This document shows, in pieces, positions 1-12,954 of a DNA stretch of 64,000 nt. How positions within the stretch are numbered: the stretch's first letter is position 1; each line of letters opens with the position of its first letter. A program made the position numbers and the translations under genes. The DNA is taken from the NCBI RefSeq assembly GCF_030013205.1, contig NZ_CP122648.1; one strand, 5' to 3'. The stretch is from Escherichia coli. Its GTDB lineage: Bacteria; Pseudomonadota; Gammaproteobacteria; Enterobacterales; Enterobacteriaceae. The notes beneath the pieces were generated by a model that had not been told where the DNA came from, made no database searches, and saw only the letters and a program-made list of their open reading frames with translations.

Positions 1-67
1 GAAGCACGCGTTCATTGAACGATAACCAACTGAGCTCTTTTTCGATGTATAGCTTTTCCTGACCCAT
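1..67 (-). CDS. ppk: polyphosphate kinase, N-terminal ~22 codons only (gene runs off the window start)
   Basis: Reverse complement of 1..67 reads ATG GGT CAG GAA AAG CTA TAC ATC GAA AAA GAG CTC AGT TGG... = MGQEKLYIEKELSWLSFNERVL, the Ppk N-terminus as I recall it; expected position downstream of purN. Confidence 0.8.
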   Translation of the reverse strand, partial: MGQEKLYIEKELSWLSFNERVL

Positions 68-238
68 TACCACTTTTACTCCGTTTTATTCACGGGACAC
101 TGCCAGGATATTATGGCGAGCAATATTGGCAGATGTCCAACTATGCCAGAAAAGGGGGAAAAAAACTGCTGGAGCTTGCGATTTACAGGTGAATTGAAAA
201 ACGCCAGCGGCAGAGCTGGCGCTTTAATTACGGGGGTA

Positions 239-876
239 TTATTCGTCGGCAGCGTAGCCATGCGGCGGCAGACGTTGACCATCCAGCCACGCGGCGTTTT
301 CGTGCATTTTCAGACGACCATCGGCAAACCAGCTAATCACCAGTGGATAAATAGCGTGTTCCTGGGTTTGCACGCGGGCGGTGATGTCATCTTCCGTATC
401 ACCAGCAAATACCGGGACTTTCGCCTGTAAAATAACCGGGCCACCGTCCAGTTCATCGGTGACGAAATGCACCGATGTACCGTGCTCTTCATCGCCATTT
501 TCCAGCGCCTGACGATGGGTGTGTAATCCGGGATATTTCGGCAGCAGAGAAGGGTGAATGTTCAGCAAACGCCCGGCATAGTGGGAGACAAACGCCGGGC
601 TGAGAATGCGCATAAAACCAGCCAGCACGACCACATCGGGTGCGTACATGTCGATTTCATGAATCAACTCCCGGTCATAGGCTTCACGACTGTCAAACGC
701 GCTGGCGATGAGCGTATGCGTTGCAATACCCGCCTGGCGGGCGCGTTCAAGGCCGAACGCGTCGGCCTTATTGCTGAAAACTGCCCGTACGGTGCCTTTA
801 ATTTTATTGGTTTTGCAGGCGTCAATAATTGCCTGCAAATTACTTCCGTTGCCGGAAATAAGCACCACAATATTCA

Positions 877-877
<1 letters not shown>
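239..877 (-). CDS. purN: phosphoribosylglycinamide formyltransferase (GAR transformylase)
   Basis: 212 aa ORF, sequence matches PurN as recalled; start ATG overlaps purM stop (TAATG). Confidence 0.95.
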
Positions 878-1932
<1,055 letters not shown>

Positions 1933-1977
1933 TTACTTGCGGTAGAAAAATAAAATTCGGCGCAATTCTAACAGGGA

Positions 1978-1993
1978 AAGCAAACGTTTGCGA
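1978..1993. promoter_or_regulatory. PurR operator (pur box) in purMN control region
   Basis: Palindrome aaGCAAACGTTTGCga matches the pur-box consensus ACGCAAACGTTTTCGT; lies upstream of purM on its coding strand side. Confidence 0.7.
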
Positions 1994-2189
1994 GACTGCT
2001 TTACACAACCTTTTTGCACGTCTTTTCCCCAGGCGCGCGGCAAAAGAATACTTGTACCAGGGCAAAGGATCGTTTTCGGATGGAATAATCTTCTTCCATA
2101 ACCATTTGAATACAAAATAACTTTATCTCAAACCGTTATCATTTTGACTAAAGTCAACGAAAATAATATTGCCGCCTTGAAGAAAGGAG

Positions 2190-2211
2190 GTATAATCCGT
2201 CGATTTTTTTT
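2190..2211 (+). promoter_or_regulatory. upp promoter -10 (tataat) and initially transcribed GATTTTTTTTG tract (UTP-sensitive reiterative transcription)
   Basis: tataat at 2190..2195 followed by gaT8g at 2201..2211, ~28 nt upstream of upp ATG; matches the described upp start-site selection mechanism. Confidence 0.6.
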
Positions 2212-2238
2212 GTGGCTGCCCCTCAAAGGAGAAAGAGT

Positions 2239-2865
2239 ATGAAGATCGTGGAAGTCAAACACCCACTCGTCAAACACAAGCTGGGACTGATGCGTGAGCA
2301 AGATATCAGCACCAAGCGCTTTCGCGAACTCGCTTCCGAAGTGGGTAGCCTGCTGACTTACGAAGCGACCGCCGACCTCGAAACGGAAAAAGTCACTATC
2401 GAAGGCTGGAACGGCCCGGTAGAAATCGATCAGATCAAAGGTAAGAAAATTACCGTTGTGCCAATTCTGCGTGCCGGTCTGGGGATGATGGACGGTGTGC
2501 TGGAAAACGTTCCGAGCGCGCGTATCAGCGTCGTCGGTATGTACCGTAATGAAGAAACGCTGGAGCCGGTACCGTACTTCCAGAAACTGGTTTCTAACAT
2601 CGATGAGCGTATGGCGCTGATCGTTGACCCAATGCTGGCAACCGGTGGTTCCGTTATCGCGACCATCGACCTGCTGAAAAAAGCGGGCTGCAGCAGCATC
2701 AAAGTTCTGGTGCTGGTAGCTGCACCAGAAGGTATCGCTGCGCTGGAAAAAGCGCACCCGGACGTCGAACTGTATACTGCATCGATTGACCAGGGACTGA
2801 ACGAGCACGGATACATTATTCCGGGCCTCGGCGATGCCGGTGACAAAATCTTTGGTACGAAATAA
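2239..2865 (+). CDS. upp: uracil phosphoribosyltransferase
   Basis: 208 aa starting [24 protein letters not shown] aggaga at 2227..2232; ORF-track N-terminal extension discarded. Confidence 0.95.
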
Positions 2866-2881
2866 AGAATAAAAATAATTA

Positions 2882-2910
2882 AAGCCGACTTTAAGAGTCG
2901 GCTTTTTTTT
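2882..2910 (+). terminator. rho-independent terminator/attenuator between upp and uraA
   Basis: Hairpin aagccgact-ttaag-agtcggctt followed by T8. Confidence 0.6.
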
Positions 2911-2950
2911 GAGTAAAGCGCCTATAACACATAATACAGAGGATAATACT

Positions 2951-4240
2951 ATGACGCGCCGTGCTATCGGGGTGAGTGAAAGACCGCCACTTTTACAGAC
3001 AATCCCGCTTAGTTTGCAACATTTGTTCGCCATGTTTGGTGCAACCGTCCTGGTGCCCGTCTTATTTCATATTAACCCGGCGACTGTACTGTTATTTAAC
3101 GGTATAGGAACACTGCTGTATCTCTTCATCTGTAAAGGGAAAATTCCGGCTTATCTTGGTTCCAGCTTTGCCTTTATTTCACCGGTATTGTTACTGTTGC
3201 CGTTAGGGTATGAAGTCGCGCTGGGCGGCTTTATTATGTGCGGCGTGCTGTTCTGCCTGGTTTCTTTTATCGTGAAGAAAGCGGGGACCGGCTGGCTGGA
3301 CGTGCTGTTTCCACCTGCGGCAATGGGCGCAATCGTTGCCGTCATCGGTCTGGAGCTGGCGGGCGTAGCTGCCGGTATGGCGGGTTTACTCCCGGCTGAA
3401 GGGCAAACGCCAGACTCCAAAACCATCATCATCTCCATTACCACCCTGGCGGTTACGGTTTTAGGTTCCGTGCTGTTTCGTGGTTTCCTGGCAATTATCC
3501 CGATTTTAATTGGCGTGCTGGTGGGCTACGCGCTCTCTTTCGCAATGGGAATTGTCGATACCACGCCGATTATTAATGCTCACTGGTTTGCGCTGCCAAC
3601 TCTCTATACGCCGCGCTTCGAGTGGTTTGCCATTCTGACTATTCTACCAGCGGCGTTAGTGGTTATTGCCGAACACGTAGGGCACCTGGTGGTAACGGCT
3701 AATATCGTCAAAAAAGATCTGCTGCGCGATCCAGGTCTGCACCGTTCGATGTTTGCTAACGGCTTGTCGACCGTGATCTCCGGCTTCTTTGGCTCCACGC
3801 CAAATACCACCTACGGGGAAAACATTGGCGTGATGGCGATCACCCGTGTTTACAGTACCTGGGTTATCGGCGGGGCGGCGATTTTCGCTATCCTGCTTTC
3901 CTGCGTCGGTAAACTGGCTGCTGCTATCCAGATGATCCCATTGCCGGTGATGGGCGGCGTTTCGCTGCTGCTTTATGGTGTCATCGGTGCTTCCGGTATT
4001 CGTGTTTTGATCGAATCGAAAGTGGATTACAACAAAGCACAGAACCTGATCCTGACTTCCGTGATTTTGATCATCGGTGTCAGTGGCGCGAAGGTAAACA
4101 TCGGCGCGGCGGAGCTGAAAGGTATGGCGCTGGCGACCATCGTCGGTATCGGCTTAAGTTTGATCTTCAAACTGATTAGTGTGCTGCGCCCTGAAGAAGT
4201 GGTGCTGGACGCAGAAGACGCGGATATAACAGACAAATAA
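2951..4240 (+). CDS. uraA: uracil:proton symporter (NCS2 family)
   Basis: 429 aa starting [21 protein letters not shown]; multi-TM; RBS at 2937..2944. Confidence 0.95.
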   Translation: MTRRAIGVSERPPLLQTIPLSLQHLFAMFGATVLVPVLFHINPATVLLFNGIGTLLYLFICKGKIPAYLGSSFAFISPVLLLLPLGYEVALGGFIMCGVLFCLVSFIVKKAGTGWLDVLFPPAAMGAIVAVIGLELAGVAAGMAGLLPAEGQTPDSKTIIISITTLAVTVLGSVLFRGFLAIIPILIGVLVGYALSFAMGIVDTTPIINAHWFALPTLYTPRFEWFAILTILPAALVVIAEHVGHLVVTANIVKKDLLRDPGLHRSMFANGLSTVISGFFGSTPNTTYGENIGVMAITRVYSTWVIGGAAIFAILLSCVGKLAAAIQMIPLPVMGGVSLLLYGVIGASGIRVLIESKVDYNKAQNLILTSVILIIGVSGAKVNIGAAELKGMALATIVGIGLSLIFKLISVLRPEEVVLDAEDADITDK

Positions 4241-4334
4241 TGTACCGACCGGGCAGTGTTGCTGCCCGGTTCAAACATCATGGGATTCTGTGGTAAACTT
4301 CTCGCGATTTTGTGAAATCCTGGTTGAGGTATCT

Positions 4335-5036
4335 CTGAACACACCGGCACAGCTCTCTTTGCCACTTTATCTTCCTGACGACGAAACCTTTGCAAGTTTC
4401 TGGCCGGGGGATAACTCCTCTTTACTGGCCGCGCTGCAAAACGTGCTGCGTCAGGAACATAGCGGTTACATCTATCTCTGGGCACGCGAAGGCGCGGGGC
4501 GCAGCCATCTGCTGCACGCGGCTTGCGCGGAATTGTCGCAGCGTGGCGATGCGGTGGGCTATGTCCCGCTGGATAAACGCACCTGGTTTGTTCCGGAAGT
4601 GCTCGACGGTATGGAGCATTTGTCGCTGGTCTGTATCGACAACATTGAGTGTATTGCAGGCGATGAGTTGTGGGAGATGGCGATTTTCGATCTCTACAAT
4701 CGAATTCTGGAATCGGGCAAAACACGATTGTTGATCACCGGCGATCGTCCACCGCGGCAGTTGAATCTTGGACTACCGGATCTCGCGTCGCGTCTCGACT
4801 GGGGGCAGATCTACAAATTGCAGCCACTTTCTGATGAAGATAAGTTGCAGGCGCTACAGTTACGCGCGCGTTTGCGTGGTTTTGAACTGCCGGAAGATGT
4901 GGGGCGTTTCTTGCTGAAGCGGCTCGACAGAGAGATGCGCACGTTATTTATGACGTTGGATCAGTTGGATCGTGCGTCGATTACCGCGCAACGTAAGCTG
5001 ACCATTCCGTTTGTGAAAGAAATTCTGAAGTTGTAG
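4335..5036 (+). CDS. hda: DnaA-inactivating AAA+ protein Hda
   Basis: 233 aa reading frame beginning at CTG 4335 ([19 protein letters not shown]...); ORF track offers a 248 aa GTG-initiated version at 4290. Confidence 0.85.
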
Positions 5037-5050
5037 ATAAGGTGTTTATT

Positions 5051-5145
5051 GTCGGATGCGGCGCGAACGCCTTATCCGAACTACGCGAAGTTAATCCATA
5101 GTATTCGTAGGCCGGATAAGACGCGGCAAGCGTCGCATCCGGCAA
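5051..5145. repeat. pair of REP (repetitive extragenic palindrome) units in inverted orientation (BIME-like)
   Basis: gtcggatgcggcgcgaacgccttatccgaac ... cgtaggccggataagacgcggcaagcgtcgcatccggca; canonical REP core GCCGGATAAG / CTTATCCG. Confidence 0.8.
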
Positions 5146-5173
5146 TGTGCTTCAACTAGCGATGGACCACTTC

Positions 5174-5533
5174 TTAACCCACGATTTCCAGTACCTGCTC
5201 CGGTGGACGACCAATCCGCGCTTTGCCATTCGCGACCACAATCGGGCGCTCCATTAGCTTCGGATTATCCACCATTGCCTGAATCAGCACCTCTTCGCTA
5301 AGCGAACTGTCAGCCAGGTTCAGTTCTTTATAAAGATCCTCTTTCTGGCGCATCAATTCACGGGCGCTATTCATCCCCAGCATTTTCAGCAAATCACGCA
5401 GCGTTGCCGCATCGGCGGGTGTCTCAAGGTAGAGCACCACTTCTGGCTCCACGCCGTTTTCTTTCAGCAGGTTCAGCGTTTCCCGGCTCTTTGAACAGCG
5501 TGGGTTATGGTAGATTTTTACCTGTTTGGTCAT
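5174..5533 (-). CDS. yfgD: ArsC/Spx-family putative arsenate reductase-like protein
   Basis: 119 aa, N-terminal IYHNPRCSKSR redox motif. Confidence 0.85.
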   Translation of the reverse strand: MTKQVKIYHNPRCSKSRETLNLLKENGVEPEVVLYLETPADAATLRDLLKMLGMNSARELMRQKEDLYKELNLADSSLSEEVLIQAMVDNPKLMERPIVVANGKARIGRPPEQVLEIVG

Positions 5534-5553
5534 TGTTCTTCCTTTAATGCGAA

Positions 5554-7017
5554 TTACATCTTGGTATAAGGCTTAAAGCGTTCCTGCAGCTGGCGCAACT
5601 GGTCGATGCGCGCATCGTAACGTGCTTGTTGCAGGCTGCCTAATTTCACCTGCGAACTGGCGCTACTCAACAAGGAAATAGCCTGATCGAGTCGCCCGGC
5701 GAGCGCATAACCTTCTGCTCGCGCAGCCAGTTCCTGATCGCGGTTATTTAGCGCGGCTTCCGCCTGTGCCAGTAAATCCCAGCCGTTGCTGTCATCTTTA
5801 TTATTAAAGGTGTAGCGATTCAGAATATTGGCCGCTTCTTGTGGTTGGCCGCCTTGTAGATAAGCGTTCGCCAGGTTGAGCTGCAACACTGGATTGGTGC
5901 GCAAATCACGGGCATTTTTCAGGCGATTGATCGCCTCATTGGCTTTGTTTTGCCCAAGATCGATATCAGTAGCCAGATCGAGATACCATGCGTTGCCAGG
6001 TTCTGCCGCCAGTAACGGTTGCAGCGTTTTACGCGCCTCGTCGTATTTATTGGCTTCCATCGCCTGTAAAGCACGACCATATTGTGCTGCTCGTTGCTGA
6101 CGAACGTTTCCTTTCGCCCATTCATCCAGCAAATCACTGGTGAGCTGGTTACGTCCGGAATTATACATCCCCAGTGTGCGCGCTTTCGCCAGATAGAAAT
6201 CTTCCGACGACTGTACCACCATCGGACGCATCTGATTAGCACGGTTGCGGGCATCTGCCAGACGACTTTCCGGCAACGGGTGAGTCAATAAAATTTCCGG
6301 CGGACGCGAGGAGTAACGCGCCTGATCGAGCAATTTTTCGAGGAAGGTCGGCATCGCCTGCGGATCGAATCCTGAGCGTTGCAGCACCTGAATACCAATG
6401 CGGTCCGCTTCCTGTTCATTTTGCTGGGTGAAACTGATCATCCCCTGGCGCGTTCCCGCCAGTGTACCGGTCAGCGCAGCCATCCCCGCCTGCGGACTGG
6501 CCATCGCCAGTAAAATAGAACCTAACGCGCCGACCCAGGTCAGCGGCGCGCTGCGCTGTTGATCTTCCATCGCTCGCGCCAGGTGACGTTGGGTGACGTG
6601 GGAGATTTCGTGCGCCATAACTGAAGCCAGTTGGCTTTCGTTATCGGAATAACGGAACAGGGCAGAGTGCAGCACCACGTTGCCGCCAAAGAAAGCAAAG
6701 GCGTTAATTTCGTCGTTGTTGATCAGAAAGAAATGAAACGGTGTCTTAACCGAATTGGCATGCGAAACCAGACGCATACCCAGCGAATTAATATATTGCG
6801 TTAACAGCGGGTCATTAATTAACGGCGCGCTGCCGCGTAGCTGGCGGACATAATAGTCGCCCATCTGCATTTCCTGACCAATGGAAAGCGTGCTTCCTGC
6901 GGAGGTTCCCATATCCGGCAAGGTGTCTGCGCTGTCGGCAAACGCCGGGGCTACCTGACCAATGGTCATAGCAGCAATGAGGGTTGCAACTAGGTTTTTT
7001 TTCAACTGCCTGAACAT
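5554..7017 (-). CDS. bepA: periplasmic M48 zinc metalloprotease/chaperone with TPR repeats (BepA)
   Basis: 487 aa, signal peptide, HEISH zinc motif, C-terminal TPR-like region. Confidence 0.9.
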
Positions 7018-7229
7018 AACCTCTATCCTGTATTTCTGGAGATAGTCATTTGACCGATACTGTGAAATATCGTTCCCACCGCGCCGCCTTTGAGTGTAAC
7101 GGCGAAGATTAGCCCACTCAAATGACTTTTCAGTTTCCTGAATCCGTCATAAAAAGCGAAGTCTTTTTTGTGACATTTCGATACAATTGCGGATCGCAAT
7201 CCCGCTCTTGAGGTTCAGGGAAGGTCTTT

Positions 7230-8291
7230 ATGCTCGAAATGTTGATGCAATGGTATCGCCGCCGTTTTAGCGACCCGGAAGCGATCGCCTTGCTGGTTAT
7301 TTTAGTTGCCGGATTTGGCATTATCTTTTTCTTTAGTGGCCTGCTTGCTCCGTTGCTGGTGGCTATTGTGCTGGCCTATTTGCTGGAATGGCCAACCGTG
7401 CGCCTGCAATCTATTGGCTGCTCCCGCCGCTGGGCGACGTCGATTGTATTGGTGGTTTTCGTCGGTATATTGCTACTGATGGCGTTCGTGGTACTGCCTA
7501 TCGCCTGGCAACAGGGCATCTACTTAATCCGCGATATGCCGGGGATGCTCAATAAGCTTTCTGACTTTGCCGCCACGTTGCCGCGCCGCTATCCGGCGTT
7601 AATGGACGCGGGCATTATTGATGCAATGGCCGAAAATATGCGCAGTCGGATGCTGACCATGGGCGATTCGGTGGTGAAAATTTCCCTCGCCTCGCTGGTC
7701 GGTTTGCTGACCATTGCCGTCTATCTGGTGCTGGTACCATTGATGGTCTTCTTCCTGCTGAAAGACAAAGAGCAGATGCTGAACGCCGTTCGCCGGGTGC
7801 TGCCACGTAACCGTGGACTGGCAGGACAGGTGTGGAAGGAGATGAATCAACAAATCACCAACTATATCCGCGGCAAAGTGCTGGAGATGATCGTGGTGGG
7901 GATTGCCACCTGGCTGGGATTCTTACTCTTCGGGCTGAACTATTCGCTGCTGCTGGCGGTGCTGGTCGGCTTCTCGGTACTTATTCCGTACATTGGTGCA
8001 TTTGTGGTGACCATTCCGGTGGTTGGCGTGGCGCTATTCCAGTTTGGTGCTGGCACGGAATTCTGGAGCTGCTTCGCGGTGTATCTGATTATTCAGGCGC
8101 TGGACGGCAACCTGTTAGTACCTGTGTTGTTCTCCGAAGCGGTTAACCTGCATCCGCTGGTCATTATTTTATCAGTAGTGATCTTCGGTGGTTTGTGGGG
8201 ATTCTGGGGCGTATTCTTCGCCATTCCATTGGCGACGCTGATCAAAGCCGTGATTCACGCCTGGCCCGATGGGCAAATCGCGCAAGAATAA
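7230..8291 (+). CDS. perM: AI-2E family putative permease
   Basis: 353 aa polytopic membrane protein matching YfgO/PerM. Confidence 0.85.
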   Translation: MLEMLMQWYRRRFSDPEAIALLVILVAGFGIIFFFSGLLAPLLVAIVLAYLLEWPTVRLQSIGCSRRWATSIVLVVFVGILLLMAFVVLPIAWQQGIYLIRDMPGMLNKLSDFAATLPRRYPALMDAGIIDAMAENMRSRMLTMGDSVVKISLASLVGLLTIAVYLVLVPLMVFFLLKDKEQMLNAVRRVLPRNRGLAGQVWKEMNQQITNYIRGKVLEMIVVGIATWLGFLLFGLNYSLLLAVLVGFSVLIPYIGAFVVTIPVVGVALFQFGAGTEFWSCFAVYLIIQALDGNLLVPVLFSEAVNLHPLVIILSVVIFGGLWGFWGVFFAIPLATLIKAVIHAWPDGQIAQE

Positions 8292-8327
8292 TCTTCAGCC
8301 CGACGAACTGTTTCGCCGGGCTGATTT

Positions 8328-9175
8328 TTAGGGTTCCTGACGTAAATAAATAGCCCGATAACAAATACTCACCAGCACTGCACCGCCGATAATATTACCC
8401 AGCATCACCGGGAGCAGATTGGCGGTAATAAAATGGCTGACCGTCAGTGCCGGAAAATTGTCTGCGCTACTGTGCGCCAGTTGCCAGAAGGGGGAGGGGC
8501 GAAATGGCGAATGGCAATGGCGAACGGAATCACAAACAAATTGGCGATACAGTGCTCAAAGCCACTGGCGACAAACAGGGTGATGGGCAAAATCATGGCG
8601 ACGATTTTGTCGCATAATGAACGCCCGCAATAACTCATCCACAGCGCCAGGCAAACCATCAGATTGCACATAATGCCGAGGCTGACAGATTCAGTAAATG
8701 TATGATGCATTTTGCCCTCGGCGCAGTGTAAAACCGCGACTCCCCACATCGCGTTTTCACTCATCACCAGCCCGGAAAACCAGATTAACAAACTGAAACA
8801 GGCAATACCTGCCAGATTACCGCAGGCCACCAGAAGTGCATTAATCAGCCATGTTCGCCAGCTAATAACGCCCCGACTTTTTGCCATCACCGTCATTACC
8901 GACGAGGTGAACAGGCTGGTGCCGCAAACCGCCAGCAAAATAAAGCCGAGTGTAAAGCAAAGGCCACCCACCAGATGGGTTAATGCCTGTGAAGACGGGG
9001 CATCGGCGATAACGGAAAGGTAAAAAGTAAATCCGATCGCCATAAACACGCCAGCGGACATCGCCATTAAAAAGACCGACACTTTGCTGCGGGCAATTTT
9101 ATGGGCGGCAATCCGTTCAGCGATTGCCGCTTTTCTGGCGCTCAACTGCAAGTCGAAAGAGAGTTTGTTTCTCAT
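8328..9175 (-). pseudogene. focB: formate channel FocB (FNT family) with apparent -1 frameshift near 8485..8495
   Basis: ORF stops at 8444 after 243 aa; the conserved FNT C-terminus (FWQLAHSSADNFPALTVSHFITANLLPVMLGNIIGGAVLVSICYRAIYLRQEP) continues in another frame to stop at 8328. Confidence 0.65.
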
Positions 9176-9196
9176 GAATACTCCTGCAAAAGCAGA

Positions 9197-11209
9197 TTAC
9201 AACACCTCGCGAACCGAGATCCCCAGACGCTGCATTCGTGACAGCAGCGTGGTGCGCTTCATCCCTAATCGTGTCGCCGCGCCACGGGGCCCGGCAACAA
9301 TGCCATTGGTTTCTCGCAATACCTGAACAATGCGCTGACGTTCTTCTTCGTCATTCTCTGGCGTCGTCGGATGCAGCAACTGTGCCATTGAACTGCGAAG
9401 CGCTGAATCTTCATTTAGCGTCGGCAGTAAACGGCTTTGTCGGACATTAAGATGTAAATTCAGACTGTTACCGCGAGTCAGTAGTACCGCCCGCTCAATC
9501 ACGTTTTCCAGCTCGCGCACGTTGCCCGGCCAGTCCCACGACATCAACTGGCGTAGCGCCTCGGTCGGGATGGCGTCAATTGCGCGATTCATATGGCGCG
9601 CCATTTTTTGCGTGAAATGTTTTGCTAAAAGAGGGATATCTTCCGGACGGTCGCGTAGCGGGGGCAATTCCAGTGGGAAGACATTCAGGCGATAAAAGAG
9701 ATCGCTGCGAAACTGGCGATCTTCAACCATTTGCCACAAATCACGGTTGGTGGCGGCAATGACTCTGACATTTACCGGGATCGTTCTACTCCCGCCGAGA
9801 CGCTCAATCTCCCGTTCCTGCAATACGCGCAGCAGTTTAGGCTGAAGTTCTAACGGCAGATCGCCAATTTCATCGAGAAACAACGTGCCGCCATCGGCAA
9901 TTTCAAAACGGCCACGATGGGTATTAATCGCACCAGTAAATGCCCCTTTGTCATGACCGAATAACTCACTTTCCAGAAGACTGGCGGGGATGGCAGCGCA
10001 GTTGATTTTGACCAGTGGCTTGTCGCGTCGTGGGCTAAGTTGATGGATCGCTCTGGCGATCACCTCTTTGCCGGTTCCGGTTTCACCACAAATCAACACC
10101 GTACTGTCGCTCTTCGCCACAATATCTACCTGCTGGAGCAAATCTTCCATTGCCTGGCTTTGATAGATAATGTCACCGACGCCCAGATTCGAAAGGAGCT
10201 GCTCGCTAAGCTGGTGGTTTTCTTGCTGCAAGCTTTCCTGCAAATCGGTCATGCTGCGCCAGGCATCGGCATTGCCAACGGCAATAGCGATGCGATCGGC
10301 AATATGTTGTAGTAGCTGGCAGTTTTCCTCACTAAAGAGAGTGGAAGAGGTATGCGCCAGCAACAATGCGCCCGGTGTATGGTTGCCAAAGGTGAGCGGT
10401 ATAAGGAGCGCAGATTCGCAGCCGTTAGATGCAAGTAAGTGTAATAACGGGTCGCGTTGCCAGAGAAACAGATCGTCTGCACGGTGCGTCAAGGTCGGTT
10501 GTCGGGTTTGTAGCGTTTGTGTCAGCAATACACTTTCGCCAGGCATACAGCGTGGCAGACACGCACAATGTGAGGCAGAAAGATCGCTGCACCACAGGCT
10601 GAACTTCTCGTTCTTTCGATGATCGCCCAGTACCATACTGACTGAAGCCAGACCGAAAAAATGATGGATCTCACGAGCGACGTCAGCGATCAGATCGTCG
10701 AGATCAAGATGTGACAACACTGCATTAGTGATATCCACCAGTACCCGATGATGATCGCGATCTTTCTCCAGCAAACGCAGCGCCACCTGCTGTTCTTCAT
10801 CATTGAGCCATGATTGCAGAACCGGAGTGATTATGTGTGCCAGCCAGTTAAACAGTGTGCAATCCTGGGGAGTAAAACGACTGCCGTGGGTGCGAATAAA
10901 GCGTAGCTCCGCCATTCCACTACTGCCGAGAAGGACGGCGTGGCGCGAATAATCGACCATCTCACCCTGATACTCTGTTGTTGCCGTCACATCGCTGCCA
11001 TCATCATGGTAGCGGTAATAGAAGTTGCTTTTGAGAACATGCAGTTCAATAAGTTGTACCGGGCTGAACGGCGGCGGCAGCGGGATGAAGGCGCGTAATA
11101 AAGACGCCTTGCCGTGTTTCTGCGCTAACCGCTCCGCGAGCATTCCGTTTACCGCTTCAATTGTTATTCCTTGCGGCGGGGCAAACATCGCCTCGTCTGA
11201 CATAGCCAT
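9197..11209 (-). CDS. hyfR: sigma-54-dependent transcriptional activator of hyf operon
   Basis: ~670 aa, GAF-like N-terminus, AAA+ with GETGTGKE and GAFTGA motifs, C-terminal HTH. Confidence 0.9.
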   Translation of the reverse strand: MAMSDEAMFAPPQGITIEAVNGMLAERLAQKHGKASLLRAFIPLPPPFSPVQLIELHVLKSNFYYRYHDDGSDVTATTEYQGEMVDYSRHAVLLGSSGMAELRFIRTHGSRFTPQDCTLFNWLAHIITPVLQSWLNDEEQQVALRLLEKDRDHHRVLVDITNAVLSHLDLDDLIADVAREIHHFFGLASVSMVLGDHRKNEKFSLWCSDLSASHCACLPRCMPGESVLLTQTLQTRQPTLTHRADDLFLWQRDPLLHLLASNGCESALLIPLTFGNHTPGALLLAHTSSTLFSEENCQLLQHIADRIAIAVGNADAWRSMTDLQESLQQENHQLSEQLLSNLGVGDIIYQSQAMEDLLQQVDIVAKSDSTVLICGETGTGKEVIARAIHQLSPRRDKPLVKINCAAIPASLLESELFGHDKGAFTGAINTHRGRFEIADGGTLFLDEIGDLPLELQPKLLRVLQEREIERLGGSRTIPVNVRVIAATNRDLWQMVEDRQFRSDLFYRLNVFPLELPPLRDRPEDIPLLAKHFTQKMARHMNRAIDAIPTEALRQLMSWDWPGNVRELENVIERAVLLTRGNSLNLHLNVRQSRLLPTLNEDSALRSSMAQLLHPTTPENDEEERQRIVQVLRETNGIVAGPRGAATRLGMKRTTLLSRMQRLGISVREVL

Positions 11210-11238
11210 CAACAGTCCTTATTAATGAGAAATCCTTC

Positions 11239-11652
11239 TCACGCAATTTTTCTGGCCATCAGATAGATGGCCGGTTCCTGCACAATTTCATCCAACAGAT
11301 GAATGAATTGAATGCTACGCGCCTGCCACACAGACGTCGCGTCATCCGCCAGTGGCACGAATGCCCGGGTCAACAGGGCGGTGTGGCTGGTGTCAATAAC
11401 AATCTCACCAAAAGTCATCACCCCCAGCATCTTACGTCGGGCTTGCTCCTCTTCGACCAGTGCAAGCCAATCTTCGTATTCCGTCAGTGGGCAGCGGAAG
11501 GCGACATTCAGACAATCAATCACGCCAACGTGATGGCCGATAGCCAACGAGTAATACATTACCTGGGAGCTGTGTTCCGGCATCTCGTCGCTACTGGCGA
11601 TAAATTTTTTTCGCAGCGTCCAGAAAACAATTTCCCTGCACTCCTCAGCCAT
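11239..11652 (-). CDS. hyfJ: hydrogenase-4 component J (HycH-like maturation/processing protein)
   Basis: 137 aa, position after hyfI. Confidence 0.85.
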   Translation of the reverse strand: MAEECREIVFWTLRKKFIASSDEMPEHSSQVMYYSLAIGHHVGVIDCLNVAFRCPLTEYEDWLALVEEEQARRKMLGVMTFGEIVIDTSHTALLTRAFVPLADDATSVWQARSIQFIHLLDEIVQEPAIYLMARKIA

Positions 11653-12403
11653 GTAACCCCCGGAGAACGCGAAAGAGTTGCTGAACGATACTATTGAGAC
11701 GCGGATCGTCGGCTTCGCGCAACCAGGTGTTAACCCGATTTCCTGTGGGATCGTCGCTTAAATGGCGCAGGAGTCGATCGCAAATTTCTCGCCCTTGACG
11801 ATAGCCCGCCAGCCGCCTCGCTTCTCGCTCAATGGCGATACGCTGTGATGGCGGGATCTGCGGCCACAGCGGTTGCATGGTCACCCCGGTGGGATCGCGA
11901 TAATCCACCGCGTGAATCTTCTGTTGCAGCAAACCGAGCGCCACGGCGAAACCGTGAATGGTGGCGGCCGGTGTTGGCGGGCAGCCGGGGATCCAAACAT
12001 CAATGGGGACAATGGTGTCGCTGCCGCCCCAGACGCTGTAGAGATCGTGGAAAATACCGCCGCCGACACCGCACGCGCCGTAGGAAACACAGATTTTATG
12101 ATCGGGGGCAGACTCATACGCCCGAAGTGCAGGCATACGCATCGCCCGGGTGACTGCGCCAGTAAATAACAAAATATCGGCGTGACGCGGTGATGAAACA
12201 ACCTTAATGCCAAAACGTTCTGCGTCGAATACTGGTGTGATGGCGGCAAAAATTTCGATTTCACAGGCGTTGCAGCCGCCGCAATCGACGCGATAAACGT
12301 AGGCTGAGCGACGGATATCCTGTAGCAAATGCCGCTTCATCTTTTGCGTTTGCTCGTCCAGCGTGATGGGCTGGCTGACATGTTGTGTAAGCACTGGACT
12401 CAT
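11645..12403 (-). CDS. hyfI: hydrogenase-4 small subunit (NuoB-like)
   Basis: 252 aa with CxxC...GCPP motifs typical of NuoB/HycG. Confidence 0.9.
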   Translation of the reverse strand: MSPVLTQHVSQPITLDEQTQKMKRHLLQDIRRSAYVYRVDCGGCNACEIEIFAAITPVFDAERFGIKVVSSPRHADILLFTGAVTRAMRMPALRAYESAPDHKICVSYGACGVGGGIFHDLYSVWGGSDTIVPIDVWIPGCPPTPAATIHGFAVALGLLQQKIHAVDYRDPTGVTMQPLWPQIPPSQRIAIEREARRLAGYRQGREICDRLLRHLSDDPTGNRVNTWLREADDPRLNSIVQQLFRVLRGLHG

Positions 12404-12945
12404 AGCTGCTCCTTAGCCACCAGCGGTACATCTGTGTTGTCGTTAATCAGCGTCGCGTGTTGTTTGCATTCCGGGCAGACGCTCACTTGCGCCCGCAACA
12501 TTTCGCGGTTTTGTGGCGCATTTTGTTGCTGTGCCAACAGTTCTGCAGCCAGTGCGACGGTTTTTTGCGGGGCAAACGGGCGTTCGCAACGGCTGCAGCG
12601 TTGTAGATGGAACGTCGCGCGGGTATAGAGATCGGCTTTATTGGTGACGGTCAGTTCAAAGTTATTGGTAAGCTGGATGGCTCTGGTCGGGCACACTTCT
12701 TCACAACGTCCGCAGTAAATACAACGCCCCAGATAGAGCTGCCAGGTGCGCGAATTTTGCTGGTCGTTGGTCTGGATAGTCAGCGCATTTGCCGGACAAG
12801 CACAGGCGCAGGCACCGCAGGCAATACATTGGCTGGGCATCAGGTCCGGTTTCCCGCGAAAGCCTGGGCTGACCTCCAGTGGCGCGAAGGGATATTTCAC
12901 CGTCGCGGTTCCGGCGCGCATAATAGTTTTAAGTAACTTCAGCAT
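12400..12945 (-). CDS. hyfH: hydrogenase-4 ferredoxin-like subunit
   Basis: 181 aa with two CxxCxxCxxxCP 4Fe-4S motifs. Confidence 0.9.
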   Translation of the reverse strand: MLKLLKTIMRAGTATVKYPFAPLEVSPGFRGKPDLMPSQCIACGACACACPANALTIQTNDQQNSRTWQLYLGRCIYCGRCEEVCPTRAIQLTNNFELTVTNKADLYTRATFHLQRCSRCERPFAPQKTVALAAELLAQQQNAPQNREMLRAQVSVCPECKQHATLINDNTDVPLVAKEQL

Positions 12946-12954
12946 TTTCTGTCC

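Noticed and set aside
2128-3033. 301-aa ORF on the minus strand overlapping upp and the uraA 5' end
   Set aside because: Opposite strand of two well-supported genes and spans their intergenic terminator; spurious.
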